Shown here piece by piece: positions 9,946-19,526 of a stretch of 64,000 bases of DNA (the stretch's first letter is position 1; each line of letters opens with the position of its first letter). This stretch comes from Anaeroplasma bactoclasticum (GTDB lineage Bacteria; Bacillota_I; Bacilli_A; Acholeplasmatales; Anaeroplasmataceae). Both the position numbers and the translations under genes were made by a program. Location: positions 50,728 through 114,727 of the forward strand of contig NZ_QXEV01000004.1 in the NCBI RefSeq assembly GCF_003550015.1, given 5' to 3'. The notes beneath the pieces are model-generated. The model saw nothing but the letters and a program-made list of their open reading frames with translations, did not search any database and had not been told where the DNA came from.

Positions 9946-10020
9946 GGATTTCCCCTCCTAACATAAAAAATAAAGCCCAAAATACATTATGGTACATTGG
10001 GCTAAATTCTTGCAATTTAA

Positions 10021-10308
10021 TTATTCAGCGATTGGGTAAACAGAAATCTGCTTCTTGTCGCGTCCCTTACGCTCGAACTTTACTGTTCCAGCAATCTTTG
10101 CATATAGAGTATCGTCTCCACCAAGACCAACATTCTCTCCTGGGAAGAACTTAGTACCTCTCTGACGGTATAAAATTGAACCAGCTGTAACAACCTCGCC
10201 ATCAGAAGCCTTTGCGCCTAAACGCTTTGCTTCAGAATCACGGCCGTTCTTAGTTGAACCTACACCTTTTTTAGATGCGAATAACTGAATATTTAGCTTA
10301 AGTAACAT
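10021..10308 (-). CDS. rpmA: 50S ribosomal protein L27 with a cleavable N-terminal extension
   Basis: [25 protein letters not shown]... is the Firmicute L27 pro-sequence cleaved by Prp. Confidence 0.9.
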   Translation of the reverse strand: MLLKLNIQLFASKKGVGSTKNGRDSEAKRLGAKASDGEVVTAGSILYRQRGTKFFPGENVGLGGDDTLYAKIAGTVKFERKGRDKKQISVYPIAE

Positions 10309-10321
10309 ATCTTGAATCCTC

Positions 10322-10630
10322 CTATTTCTTCATTTTTAAATATTTAGGATACTGACTATGTAATTCGATTAGATGTTCTTCTAAATTATCAAAGATACCT
10401 AAAACTACATGATTATCAGTTTTAACCTGTAATCTGAAATAGCCTTCCTCACAAACAAGATCTAAGATGTTGTAACGTAAATCTAATTTGTCAATGAGAT
10501 TAGCTGTCATTTGACAGGCCATAGAGATTGCAGCACATACAATGTCATGACCACTCGTGCCACATCCTGCATGTCCCTTAACCTCAATTAATGCTTCATT
10601 TGTTTTACGTTCAATATAATAAGTAGTCAT
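10322..10630 (-). CDS. prp: ribosomal-processing cysteine protease Prp
   Basis: 102 aa with the GHAGCG...HDIVCAA motifs, located between rplU and rpmA. Confidence 0.85.
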   Translation of the reverse strand: MTTYYIERKTNEALIEVKGHAGCGTSGHDIVCAAISMACQMTANLIDKLDLRYNILDLVCEEGYFRLQVKTDNHVVLGIFDNLEEHLIELHSQYPKYLKMKK

Positions 10631-10632
10631 AA

Positions 10633-10941
10633 TTAAGCATTGATAGCTTCAACAACAAACTTAGTATATGACTGACGATGACCCTTCTTAGATGCAGAAT
10701 GCTTCTTAGGACGATACTTGTAGATTGTAATCTTCTTGCCTCTTCCCTGCTTCTCGCACTTTGCAACTACTGTTGCGCCCTTAACATAAGGAGCACCAAC
10801 TAGAGTCTTTTCACCAGCTACTAATAAAACCTTATCGAAAGTATAAGATTCGCCTTCTGCTACTTCTACCTTTTCAACATAGATAGCTTCGCCAACTTCA
10901 ACCTTTACTTGCTTTCCACCAGTTTCAACAATTGCATACAT
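10633..10941 (-). CDS. rplU: 50S ribosomal protein L21
   Basis: [17 protein letters not shown] is a typical L21 N-terminus. Confidence 0.9.
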   Translation of the reverse strand: MYAIVETGGKQVKVEVGEAIYVEKVEVAEGESYTFDKVLLVAGEKTLVGAPYVKGATVVAKCEKQGRGKKITIYKYRPKKHSASKKGHRQSYTKFVVEAINA

Positions 10942-11065
10942 GTCGTATTACCTCCTTCATTATTTAAGACACACTATTAGGGTAGGATTTTATCCATTTT
11001 TGACCCTTTCTAAGTGGTGCATGTTACAACATCATAATTATATTAAATAATTAATATAGAGTCAA
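10942..11065 (-). promoter_or_regulatory. rplU promoter (TTGACT-17-TATAAT) plus a structured ~90-nt leader, possibly an L21-leader autoregulatory element
   Basis: Minus-strand -35 at 11060..11065 and -10 at 11037..11042 with a 17-nt spacer. The leader contains the nested hairpins GGGT...GGAT-aaa-ATCC...ACCC before the GGAGG RBS. Confidence 0.45.
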
Positions 11066-11083
11066 GAAAAAAATATTTTTATT

Positions 11084-11494
11084 TTATTCTCTAGGGACTG
11101 TACCAAGTATACTAAACCCTAAATCATATAATAATTGATTAACTTCATCTATATTATATATTTCTTTTTCTATACAAAACATAAAAACTAAATCATCAAC
11201 TAATGATTCAGATAAAGAATATCCTGCTGATTTCAAAAAGAATATAGTTTCTTCTAAGTTTAGCCTTAAACCTATAGATAAAGCTTTAACTGTATTCTTA
11301 GCTGGTCTATATGTTTTCATTTTAAATTTAGATACATATCTTCTATCTAAATCAGATTTTTTTAAAACAGAATTCAAGCTTACTTTTTTTATTTTCAAAA
11401 AAGAAAAGAGAACCTCAGAAAAAGGAGGTTTTATCTTTGTTAAAACATAGATATTAACTTCCTCCATTTCTCTTTTGTTCTCCATTTTTTCCAC
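11084..11494 (-). CDS. XRE-type HTH domain protein, paralog of 12220..12870
   Basis: Its C-terminal ~90 aa align with the C-terminus of the 216-aa protein (LRLNLEETIFFLKSAGYSL vs FKLNLKETEELLSYGGYTF; LLYDLGFSILG vs ILEKLNLDTFG). Confidence 0.5.
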   Translation of the reverse strand: MEKMENKREMEEVNIYVLTKIKPPFSEVLFSFLKIKKVSLNSVLKKSDLDRRYVSKFKMKTYRPAKNTVKALSIGLRLNLEETIFFLKSAGYSLSESLVDDLVFMFCIEKEIYNIDEVNQLLYDLGFSILGTVPRE

Positions 11495-11599
11495 CCTAAT
11501 TTTTAAAATTTATTTAATAAATTATAAATTCTTAGAGTTCTAAATGTGTCGCTTCTGAAGTGACAATTTTAAAAAATACTGATGTTATAATTATGGAAA

Positions 11600-12199
11600 A
11601 TGTTCTGTACAACAAGAAAAAAAGAAAGGGAGGGAGATTTACAGTACAGTGTATATCTCACTATATTTATGATTTGTTATTATCATTCTAATAGAGAAGC
11701 AGTTGGTACATGTCCAGGCTGTGGTAAGAACTTATGCAAGGACTGCTTCGATTTAACTACTGGCCATTATTGTTATGATTGTGCTAAAAACTCTCATGAT
11801 GAAGTAAAAGCCGAACTTAAAGGTGGAGTCATTTGGTGTAGTATTGTCTTAATTGCAACAGCAATATTCATTTTCTTCTTTACAGGTCCACAAATGTTTA
11901 AAGAACAAGGAATAGTTGGTGGTATCATATATGTCCTTGCTTGCTTTTTCCCTGCATGGAAGATTTGCACAAGATTAGCAGATAGGATACTAGGAGATAG
12001 ATTATATGCAGGAATGATGCTTATTGCAGCATTTGTAATAAAAGTACTTCTAGCACTATTAATATCAGCAATAGTTCCAATTATATATTTAATTAACTTA
12101 TTCATTAATATCCATCGTTTCAGATTTGTAAAGAAAGATATGGAAGCAATTGAAGTTATGCATCAGAATAACTTATCTGTATCTGAAAACCAAGAATAA
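11600..12199 (+). CDS. zinc-ribbon membrane protein
   Basis: CPGCGKNLCKDCFDL...CYDCAK is followed by 3-4 TM helices. The real start is possibly Met at ~11672. Confidence 0.5.
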   Translation: MFCTTRKKEREGDLQYSVYLTIFMICYYHSNREAVGTCPGCGKNLCKDCFDLTTGHYCYDCAKNSHDEVKAELKGGVIWCSIVLIATAIFIFFFTGPQMFKEQGIVGGIIYVLACFFPAWKICTRLADRILGDRLYAGMMLIAAFVIKVLLALLISAIVPIIYLINLFINIHRFRFVKKDMEAIEVMHQNNLSVSENQE

Positions 12200-12219
12200 A
12201 AGGGGGGGACTCCTCCTTT

Positions 12220-12870
12220 TTATTTTATCCCAAATGTATCTAGATTTAGTTTTTCTAAAATATAATTTGTTTCTTCTAAATCATATCCATATGTTATAGC
12301 ACCTTCTACTACCACATCAAATGGATCTGTTGGATTGAAAGTGTATCCTCCATAAGATAATAATTCTTCTGTTTCTTTTAAGTTTAATTTAAACGCAAAC
12401 GCAAGCCCAAAAATAGTCTTCTTTCTAGGAGTTAACTGTCCATTAATGATTTTAGATATTGTCTGTTTAGATACACAAGCTTCTTTTCCTAATTTTTCCA
12501 TAGATAAATCAGTTTTTTTCAAATAGTTCATTAAATTTTCCTTTAAAGCACCTTTATTGGTCTTCTTAAAATATTCCATTATCTCAATCGCTTCTTTTTT
12601 ATCACCTGCTAGTTTATCCATAAATCTAATATCAAAAAATTTTGGAAGACTATGTAATGTATCTCCATCATTTTTTGATTTAACCTTTGGATTATAATCA
12701 ATTAAGATGTAGCCTTTTTTAGGATTAAATTCTAAATTATCTATTGGGTTTTCGTTTAAATATTTTATAATCTTTGAATATTTTTCTTCATTTTCAAAAA
12801 GATTATTATAATCAGTCATAAGAGTAACTCCTTTTTTGATACAATATTGATGGTGATTTTTATGAATCAA
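12220..12870 (-). CDS. XRE-type HTH domain protein (larger paralog)
   Basis: A textbook HTH segment (LSMEKLGKEACVSKQTISKIINGQLTPRKKTIFGLAFAFKLNLKETEELL) plus a conserved C-terminal module. The start may be MTDYNNL at ~12825. Confidence 0.5.
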   Translation of the reverse strand: MIHKNHHQYCIKKGVTLMTDYNNLFENEEKYSKIIKYLNENPIDNLEFNPKKGYILIDYNPKVKSKNDGDTLHSLPKFFDIRFMDKLAGDKKEAIEIMEYFKKTNKGALKENLMNYLKKTDLSMEKLGKEACVSKQTISKIINGQLTPRKKTIFGLAFAFKLNLKETEELLSYGGYTFNPTDPFDVVVEGAITYGYDLEETNYILEKLNLDTFGIK

Positions 12871-13018
12871 GATTTTAAATCTTTAACTCATGATATTATA
12901 ATATCAGATAATTTTCAAAAGATGAAACAATATATCCATCATGGACATATATCAGCATATAAACATTCTATTACTGTTGCGTATTTAGTTTATAAACATT
13001 ATAAGAAGAGAAAAAGAA
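12854..13018 (+). pseudogene. 54-codon N-terminal fragment of an HD-domain phosphohydrolase
   Basis: MNQDFKSLTHDIIISDNFQKMKQYIHHGHISAYKHSITVAYLVYKHYKKRKRKR* carries the H..HS..VA opening of HD domains but stops after 54 aa. It is not in the ORF track because it is under 60 aa. Confidence 0.35.
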
Positions 13019-13059
13019 AAAGATGATTCATTTTATTATTGAACCATCTTCTTTTTGTT

Positions 13060-13590
13060 CTATGGACGGAATAATTCCTCAGGCTTTACATTAAAATCCT
13101 GTGTAGGTGCATCTGTTAGACGGATGAATCCTGGGAATGTAGTTTGGAATACATCTCCCTTTAATGTAAGCTGTGCCTTAGCACGCTCTTCATCAATAGA
13201 TTTATATCCTACTGGTGCGTATAATGCAACTGCATCAAACTTCTTTGCGTTTTCAACAATCTTTAAACGGAAATCGTCATTTGGTGTTGCATAGCTTGGG
13301 AAAACTGATGGGAATACTACAACCATGTAGATTATACCATCCCTTTTCATAACGATATTAGGGAAATCTCTTCTAGGAAAGCCCTGTTCAATCTTAAATC
13401 CCTTAGGTAGAATTACCTTCTTCATAACATAATCAATTGCCATATTATGAAGCTCTTCAGGCTTAATCTTATCAGCCTCATCTATATTTGCTGGTACACC
13501 ATCAGCCCATACACTTTCTGGAATATTTGGATTTGGTGCACTTTCAATATGGTCTGGGGTGCTAGGCATATTTCTCTTATTGTTTTCCAT
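13060..13590 (-). CDS. hypothetical protein
   Basis: 176 aa with no recognisable motifs. Confidence 0.4.
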   Translation of the reverse strand: MENNKRNMPSTPDHIESAPNPNIPESVWADGVPANIDEADKIKPEELHNMAIDYVMKKVILPKGFKIEQGFPRRDFPNIVMKRDGIIYMVVVFPSVFPSYATPNDDFRLKIVENAKKFDAVALYAPVGYKSIDEERAKAQLTLKGDVFQTTFPGFIRLTDAPTQDFNVKPEELFRP

Positions 13591-13658
13591 TTTTACTCCT
13601 CCTGGCCTAAAAGACCTTAAACTCTTTATGAACTATTATATTACTTTTTGTTTGAAAA

Positions 13659-14564
13659 TTAAAGATTAAATGTTGCAAAGTACTTCTCTAATTTAATAGG
13701 CTTATAAGAAGATTTCTTTTTTCTTTCTTCTTCATTTCCACTATCCATCTCTAAAGAGATATATCTTGCTCTTAAGGATGTAGTTCTTGCGAAGCATTGC
13801 ATTAATTCTTCAGATGCACCAGGAATACTATCTAGTGCTAAATTTACATGTAATGTTGCAACATTACCAACTAAGGATGCAATCGCAACTCCATATACCT
13901 TTTTTTCATCCATAAGGATAATTCCAAATAAATCTAATTCATATAAGTGATCCATACATTTCTTAATCATATTTAATTGCTTATAAAAATATGGAGTATT
14001 ATATTGATCTTTATGGTCTTGATTCCAATCGGTAATAAATTCTAATATTAATCCAAAGTCATCCTTCTTGATTGGTTTATAAACTGCATCTCTATGCTGC
14101 TTTTCAAACTTTTCACAAAGCTTTCTTTTTTCTTTATATTCCTTCTCTTTAAAGAAAGATAGGGCATCAGATGAACAAATATATGTATCGAAATCTCTAT
14201 TTTCATAAAGCTTATCGCTAAACTTAGAAATAGGGTTTACCATAGAATCTGGTACTGGTGCTAAGTAAAAATCAAATCCACGCTCCCTCGCATCCTCTTC
14301 GATATCCTTCATAGCCTTTTTTAAATCGCCTTTGCCAATTGGAGGATAATAACACATTCCAACATCAGGCATCATAAATCTGATGAATGTAAAATCATGT
14401 CTAAAGCAAATCTCAGGCTTATAGTAATCGCTCCATACAAATAACCAAATTGGATTATATTGGCATAGCCAATAGTCATCATTTTCTATATATCTTTTTA
14501 GCTTTTTGCAGTCTAAGAATGCATATTTGTGGAAATTGATCATGCTTGCACCTCCTTTCGACAC
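13659..14564 (-). CDS. DUF2156 (MprF C-terminal/GNAT-like acyltransferase fold) protein
   Basis: 301-aa soluble protein whose composition and motifs resemble the aminoacyl-PG synthase C-domain family. Confidence 0.4.
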   Translation of the reverse strand: MSKGGASMINFHKYAFLDCKKLKRYIENDDYWLCQYNPIWLFVWSDYYKPEICFRHDFTFIRFMMPDVGMCYYPPIGKGDLKKAMKDIEEDARERGFDFYLAPVPDSMVNPISKFSDKLYENRDFDTYICSSDALSFFKEKEYKEKRKLCEKFEKQHRDAVYKPIKKDDFGLILEFITDWNQDHKDQYNTPYFYKQLNMIKKCMDHLYELDLFGIILMDEKKVYGVAIASLVGNVATLHVNLALDSIPGASEELMQCFARTTSLRARYISLEMDSGNEEERKKKSSYKPIKLEKYFATFNL

Positions 14565-14705
14565 AAAACTCTTATTTTATATTATATCTCATTTAAATTT
14601 ATTTTCAAAACAACTCTTAAATTTTATAGTCATTTTTTTCATTTTGTACAAAAAATTAAAAACCGTATTACAATTGCACCCTTTGTTATTATATGTAATA
14701 TCATA

Positions 14706-14735
14706 AAGAAAACCACTCATAAGAGTGGTTCTCAA
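14706..14735 (-). terminator. rho-independent terminator downstream of potD
   Basis: GAGAACCACTC-tta-GAGTGGTTTTC read on the minus strand. Confidence 0.5.
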
Positions 14736-14737
14736 TT

Positions 14738-16234
14738 TTAAGTTCTTGCATTATTAAATGCAGTATAGATTTGATCGATATAATCTTGAGTAAATGTTGC
14801 AAGAATTTCGCCCTTAGTAGAATCCTTTTGATAATACTTATTAAATGCGATACCAGTTACATAATCATATAATAGACCATATAAATCTGTTTCTTCTGCA
14901 GGCATTTCACTTATTTGTTCCTCAAATACCTCGGCAGCTTCTTCATTAAAAATAGAATCATCTGCTAGAGCAACTAAATCATCATATACTGTTTTATTCC
15001 ATGCATCATAGCATACATAATATGTATTGTTAAAGCAAGGAGTTAAGATTTCATCTTCTTCTAATGTAGAAGGATCAATTTCTTCTCCATTATCATCTAG
15101 GGAAGCTGAAGTTTGATATGCAGACATAAAGTCAATAAACTTATGTGCTAAATCAACATTAGAAGCATCCTTAGTAATTACTAAATTATCACAGAATGCA
15201 ACGGTATCCTCAGGAATAAAGAAATCAAATCGAATACCATATTTATTTCCATTATTCTCATATACTCTATCTGAAGAATCACAAATTTCATTAATCATAG
15301 AAACCATATTATCCATGGTAACATCACCATTTATATATGCTTTTATTGCAGCCTTTGCTGCTTCTTCACAATAATAATATAAGAAATCTCCAGTCCACAT
15401 ATAACCAATATCAGAGTTTTTACCACTAATATCCTTCTTAATATTATCTGTTCCCCAAGAATTATATTTCATATCAGAAATTAAATTCTTTATAGTATCT
15501 AAATCCGATTTAGGAAGCTCTATACCATAAGCATTAGATAAAGGATTTGTCTTTTCTAAATAACGGCTTGCAGCATAATATACATGCTGATAAGAATCAT
15601 ACATAGAAACTCTTGTGCCTTCTGGTAGGGATGATCTATCAAATAGTGCACTCCATTCAGTTTCACCGTTTGTAACAGCTTCTCTTATAGATTTTTCACC
15701 AGGAACATAATCTTTATATTCCTCTGGGAAATCTTCTCTACTTGTAGAATACATAATTCCCCAAGTTCCCCATAAATATGGTACAAAATAATTCTGAATT
15801 GTATTATCTACATAATCAGGATTATTTGCCTTAAGGTTTGTATTCATATCATCTAAAATAGATAATACACCCAAACGCATAGAATCTCTTCCCTCAGGTG
15901 TGTTTGGATTATATCCAGACATAGTAAGCTTTGAAAAATCAATTTTTTGTAATAAACCAGCACTATACATTTTTTCAACCATATAATCCGATGGGCATAC
16001 AACATCATATACAGTTGTACCAGATCTTACCATGGAATAGAAGATTTCATTAGAATCACCTAAATCCATAGAGACATTACAATTATATTTTTCCTCAAAA
16101 GCATCTAAAATATCTTCATCGATATACTCACCCCAGTTTAAGAATAATAGGGTTTGTCTACCACCACAAGATGTTAATCCTAATGCGAAGGTTGAAGCAA
16201 GAAGGCTTCCTAGTATTAGCTTACTTTTCTTCAT
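14738..16234 (-). CDS. potD: spermidine/putrescine ABC transporter substrate-binding lipoprotein, unusually long
   Basis: Lipobox signal MKKSKLILGSLLASTFALGLTSCGG. The start at 16234 overlaps potC. The mature protein is ~470 aa against the usual ~330, with extra acidic C-terminal sequence. Confidence 0.7.
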   Translation of the reverse strand: MKKSKLILGSLLASTFALGLTSCGGRQTLLFLNWGEYIDEDILDAFEEKYNCNVSMDLGDSNEIFYSMVRSGTTVYDVVCPSDYMVEKMYSAGLLQKIDFSKLTMSGYNPNTPEGRDSMRLGVLSILDDMNTNLKANNPDYVDNTIQNYFVPYLWGTWGIMYSTSREDFPEEYKDYVPGEKSIREAVTNGETEWSALFDRSSLPEGTRVSMYDSYQHVYYAASRYLEKTNPLSNAYGIELPKSDLDTIKNLISDMKYNSWGTDNIKKDISGKNSDIGYMWTGDFLYYYCEEAAKAAIKAYINGDVTMDNMVSMINEICDSSDRVYENNGNKYGIRFDFFIPEDTVAFCDNLVITKDASNVDLAHKFIDFMSAYQTSASLDDNGEEIDPSTLEEDEILTPCFNNTYYVCYDAWNKTVYDDLVALADDSIFNEEAAEVFEEQISEMPAEETDLYGLLYDYVTGIAFNKYYQKDSTKGEILATFTQDYIDQIYTAFNNART

Positions 16235-17171
16235 AAAGCATAGCCTCCTTCTTCTTTTTGAAATTTCTATAAATGCCTTTAATTCTTCTTCCAAGTTCAA
16301 TTTTCTTGAATATGTTATAAAGAACAACGGCTAAAATCATAGCTGCAGTAACCATTGTAGAGAATGCATATACACCAGGGTATAAGCTCTTTCTACCAAT
16401 GGATGAATAAATCCAAATAGATAATGTGTTATAACCATTACCCTTTGTATAGTAGCCTACAACGAAGTCTTCAAAGCTTATTGTAAAAGCAAGTACCATA
16501 CCAGAGAAGATACCTCCCTTAACTGCAGGAATAATAACCTTAAGTACAGACTTAAATGGTTTAACACCTAAGTCTAGGGATGCATCAAGCATATTAGGGT
16601 CAATTTCTTTCATCTTTGGATGGACAGACAAAATAATATATGGCAAAATGAAATAGATATGCGCAATTAAAATTGTCCAGAAACCAAAGAACTTCTTATT
16701 AATTACTAAGAATAATGAGAAGATTAACATTAAAGAAATACCTGTAACAATATCCGCATTTAATAATGGAATATTGTTTAAGAATAATAATCTATTCTTA
16801 ATCTTAGGTGGTAAGTAATATGCACCAATACCAACTAAAGTACCAATAACTGTAGCAATTAATGTTGCTAAAATAGATGTTTGGAAGGTATTCTTAATAG
16901 AATCATTTAAAGATCCTTTACCAAACATATTTGCATAATTTGCAAAAGTGAAGGATGCAAATTCTGTTGTTGCATCTGTTGAATTAAAGGATTGGATTGC
17001 AATAATAATTACTGCAAAATAAATCATAAAGATAGAAAATGCTAATAATACATATTTTGTAATCTTCCAAGTCATTTTTAATGCTTTATGATCTTTATAG
17101 CCATAATCCTTAGCTTCAGCAATAGGATAATCTAGAGGATTATATTCCTTTTTAACTTCTTCATTCATCAT
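16221..17171 (-). CDS. potC: ABC transporter permease
   Basis: 6 TM helices with an EAA-like loop; fourth gene... position in the potABCD order. Confidence 0.75.
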   Translation of the reverse strand: MMNEEVKKEYNPLDYPIAEAKDYGYKDHKALKMTWKITKYVLLAFSIFMIYFAVIIIAIQSFNSTDATTEFASFTFANYANMFGKGSLNDSIKNTFQTSILATLIATVIGTLVGIGAYYLPPKIKNRLLFLNNIPLLNADIVTGISLMLIFSLFLVINKKFFGFWTILIAHIYFILPYIILSVHPKMKEIDPNMLDASLDLGVKPFKSVLKVIIPAVKGGIFSGMVLAFTISFEDFVVGYYTKGNGYNTLSIWIYSSIGRKSLYPGVYAFSTMVTAAMILAVVLYNIFKKIELGRRIKGIYRNFKKKKEAMLYEEK

Positions 17172-18037
17172 AGTAATGTTGAGCCCTCCTTATCTGTCTT
17201 ATTGATAATTAGGATAGCTCCTAAAATGATAACTAAAATAACAATAGCTAATACAGAACCCTGGTTATAAGACATGTTCTTGAAGCTTTGTTCAATAATG
17301 TTACCAATTAATAAAATATTACCATCACCTAAAATCTGAGGAATTGCGAATCCAGACATACAAGGTAATAATACCATGATAGAACCAGATACAATACCTT
17401 TAGAAGATAGTGGGAATGTAACCTTCCAGAACTTCTTAAAATCTGTCATACCTAAATCTAAGGCTGCCTCATGAAGTAATGGATCAATCTTTTCTAAGGA
17501 TGTATAGATTGGCATAATCATAAATGGTAGGTAAGTAAATACCATACCAAGTAATACAGCCCAATCTGTACCAATAATACCTTCACCTACTGCTGGTAGG
17601 TTAAAAATATCTTGTAAAATATTGTTTGGCTTAAAAACAGATGCTAAAGCATTGATTCTAAGTAGAATATTTGTCCAGGAAGGTAATATTAATAATAATA
17701 GAATCATATACTTATTTTTAAGCTTGGATTGGTATAAGCAATATGCTACTAAATAACCAAAGAAAGCACAAAGTGCAGTAGTTAATACAGCAAATTTAAT
17801 AGAATTCCAGAAAGCTACAATCGTAGAATTTTCTGTAATAATAGCGAAATTTGAAACACTGAATGACATTCCTTCAAAACGGATTCCCTCTGAATGTACA
17901 AACATTAGCAAAAACATTACAATCATTGGTACTACAGCAAATGCGTATAACCAATAAAGGTAAGGCTTTGCCATTCTATCTAGTCTATGGGAAACCTGAT
18001 GTGCTGGAATGACCCTTTTTTGATTGGCCTTCTGCAT
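17168..18037 (-). CDS. potB: ABC transporter permease
   Basis: 6-TM permease (EAALDLGMTDFKKFWKVTFP loop). Confidence 0.75.
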   Translation of the reverse strand: MQKANQKRVIPAHQVSHRLDRMAKPYLYWLYAFAVVPMIVMFLLMFVHSEGIRFEGMSFSVSNFAIITENSTIVAFWNSIKFAVLTTALCAFFGYLVAYCLYQSKLKNKYMILLLLILPSWTNILLRINALASVFKPNNILQDIFNLPAVGEGIIGTDWAVLLGMVFTYLPFMIMPIYTSLEKIDPLLHEAALDLGMTDFKKFWKVTFPLSSKGIVSGSIMVLLPCMSGFAIPQILGDGNILLIGNIIEQSFKNMSYNQGSVLAIVILVIILGAILIINKTDKEGSTLL

Positions 18038-18038
18038 A

Positions 18039-19271
18039 TTAGTCTACCTCTTTAGACAAGTCTTTTCTTCTTTCAACTTCTTCTACTGGAATAAGCTTTT
18101 TAGGAGAACCATCCTGCTTCATTAAGCAAATTTCATATGGGTCAATTGTAAGACCTACAATTTCACCCTCCTTGATATCTTCATATGTGTGAACAACATA
18201 TTCAACACCTTCGATATCAACTAATAATTCATAGTGTACGCCCTTAAAGATAGATGATGTAACAACACCCTTTACCTTAGCCTTAGACATAGGAACAACA
18301 TCCCAGTCTTCAGGACGAATAACTACATCTACAGATTCCATATCATCGAATTCATATCCAACAACATAGAATTCAGCACCTAAGAACTTAACACGGTTAC
18401 GTCCAATATAAACACCCTGAATAATATTAGATTCACCAATGAAGTTTGCAACATAACGGTTAACTGGCTCATTGTAGATATCCTTAGGTGTTCCAAGCTG
18501 CTGGATAATACCATCCTTCATTACTACAATACGGTCAGACATAACCATTGCTTCTTCCTGATCATGAGTTACGAAAATAAAGGTAATACCTAGGTTTCTT
18601 TGCATTTCTTTAAGTTCATATTGCATGTTTTGACGAAGCTTTAAGTCAAGTGCAGATAGTGGCTCATCTAATAATAAAATTTGTGGCTTTAATACGATAG
18701 CTCTTGCGATAGCAACTCTCTGCATTTGTCCTCCGGAAATCTTATCAATGCTTCTCTCTTCAAATCCTGCTAGATTTACCATTTCAAGAGCAGCAGTTAC
18801 AGACTCCTTCACACAAAGTTTCAAATACTTGTTGATGTCAAAATAAGACACCTTTTTGGCTTTTTCTTCAGGTACACCTCTTCTAATCTTTTCTTCGATG
18901 CAGCCCTGAATAACCTTTTCCTTACCACCATAGAATTCAATCATGAATTTTCTTCCGCGGTTACGGATACCAAAGGCAACGTTATCAAAAACGTTCAAAT
19001 GAGGAAATAGTGCATATCTTTGGAATACTGTATTAATAGGTCTTGCGTAAGCAGGAAGATTATTAATAATTTTTCCATTGACAATGATTTCACCTGATGA
19101 AGGATATTCAAATCCTCCAATCATTCTAAGTGTAGTTGTTTTACCACATCCAGAAGGACCTAGTAGAGTAACAAACTCATTAGGGTAGATGTCAAGATTA
19201 ATTCCATCTACAACACAATTGTCACCATAGTATTTAACTATGTTGTGCAATTCGATAATAGGTTGTGCCAA
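18039..19271 (-). CDS. potA: spermidine/putrescine import ATPase (TTG start)
   Basis: Walker A (GPSGCGKTT), signature (LSGGQMQRVAIARA) and Walker B (LLLDEPLSALD) motifs. There is a ~60-aa insertion after the N-terminal lobe. Confidence 0.85.
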   Translation of the reverse strand: MAQPIIELHNIVKYYGDNCVVDGINLDIYPNEFVTLLGPSGCGKTTTLRMIGGFEYPSSGEIIVNGKIINNLPAYARPINTVFQRYALFPHLNVFDNVAFGIRNRGRKFMIEFYGGKEKVIQGCIEEKIRRGVPEEKAKKVSYFDINKYLKLCVKESVTAALEMVNLAGFEERSIDKISGGQMQRVAIARAIVLKPQILLLDEPLSALDLKLRQNMQYELKEMQRNLGITFIFVTHDQEEAMVMSDRIVVMKDGIIQQLGTPKDIYNEPVNRYVANFIGESNIIQGVYIGRNRVKFLGAEFYVVGYEFDDMESVDVVIRPEDWDVVPMSKAKVKGVVTSSIFKGVHYELLVDIEGVEYVVHTYEDIKEGEIVGLTIDPYEICLMKQDGSPKKLIPVEEVERRKDLSKEVD

Positions 19272-19489
19272 CTCAGTTTACCGAATGAAAGACACCAGTC
19301 TTTCGAATTTCCTTTCCCAAAAATTTTCTTTGAATATTATAGAGAATATTCGTCTCCTTTTTCATCAAAACATAATTTTGATAGATATATTATATTCTTA
19401 ATTTTTCATAATGCAATAAAAATTTTGAATTTTTTTTGGTTATGTAAGGGCTTTCAAAATAATATTTAAAAAAATGGGTATTTTTAAAA

Positions 19490-19518
19490 ATAAAAAAGAG
19501 GATAATTGAAATATCCTC
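19490..19518 (-). terminator. rho-independent terminator downstream of the esterase gene
   Basis: GAGGATA-tttcaat-TATCCTC followed by TTTTTT on the minus strand. Confidence 0.6.
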
Positions 19519-19526
19519 GAATTTTA

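Noticed and set aside
13019-13060. Possible terminator AAGAAGATG-20 nt loop-CATCTT plus T-run downstream of the 13060..13590 gene
   Set aside because: A loop of ~20 nt is too large for a confident intrinsic terminator. It may simply be sequence left over from the disrupted HD gene.
19245-19469. 74-aa plus-strand ORF in the potA upstream region, and a small hairpin GAAAGAC-tggt-GTCTTTC (19283..19300)
   Set aside because: The ORF has no RBS and a low-complexity translation. The region is better explained as the potA promoter and 5' UTR. The hairpin is noted but is too small to interpret.
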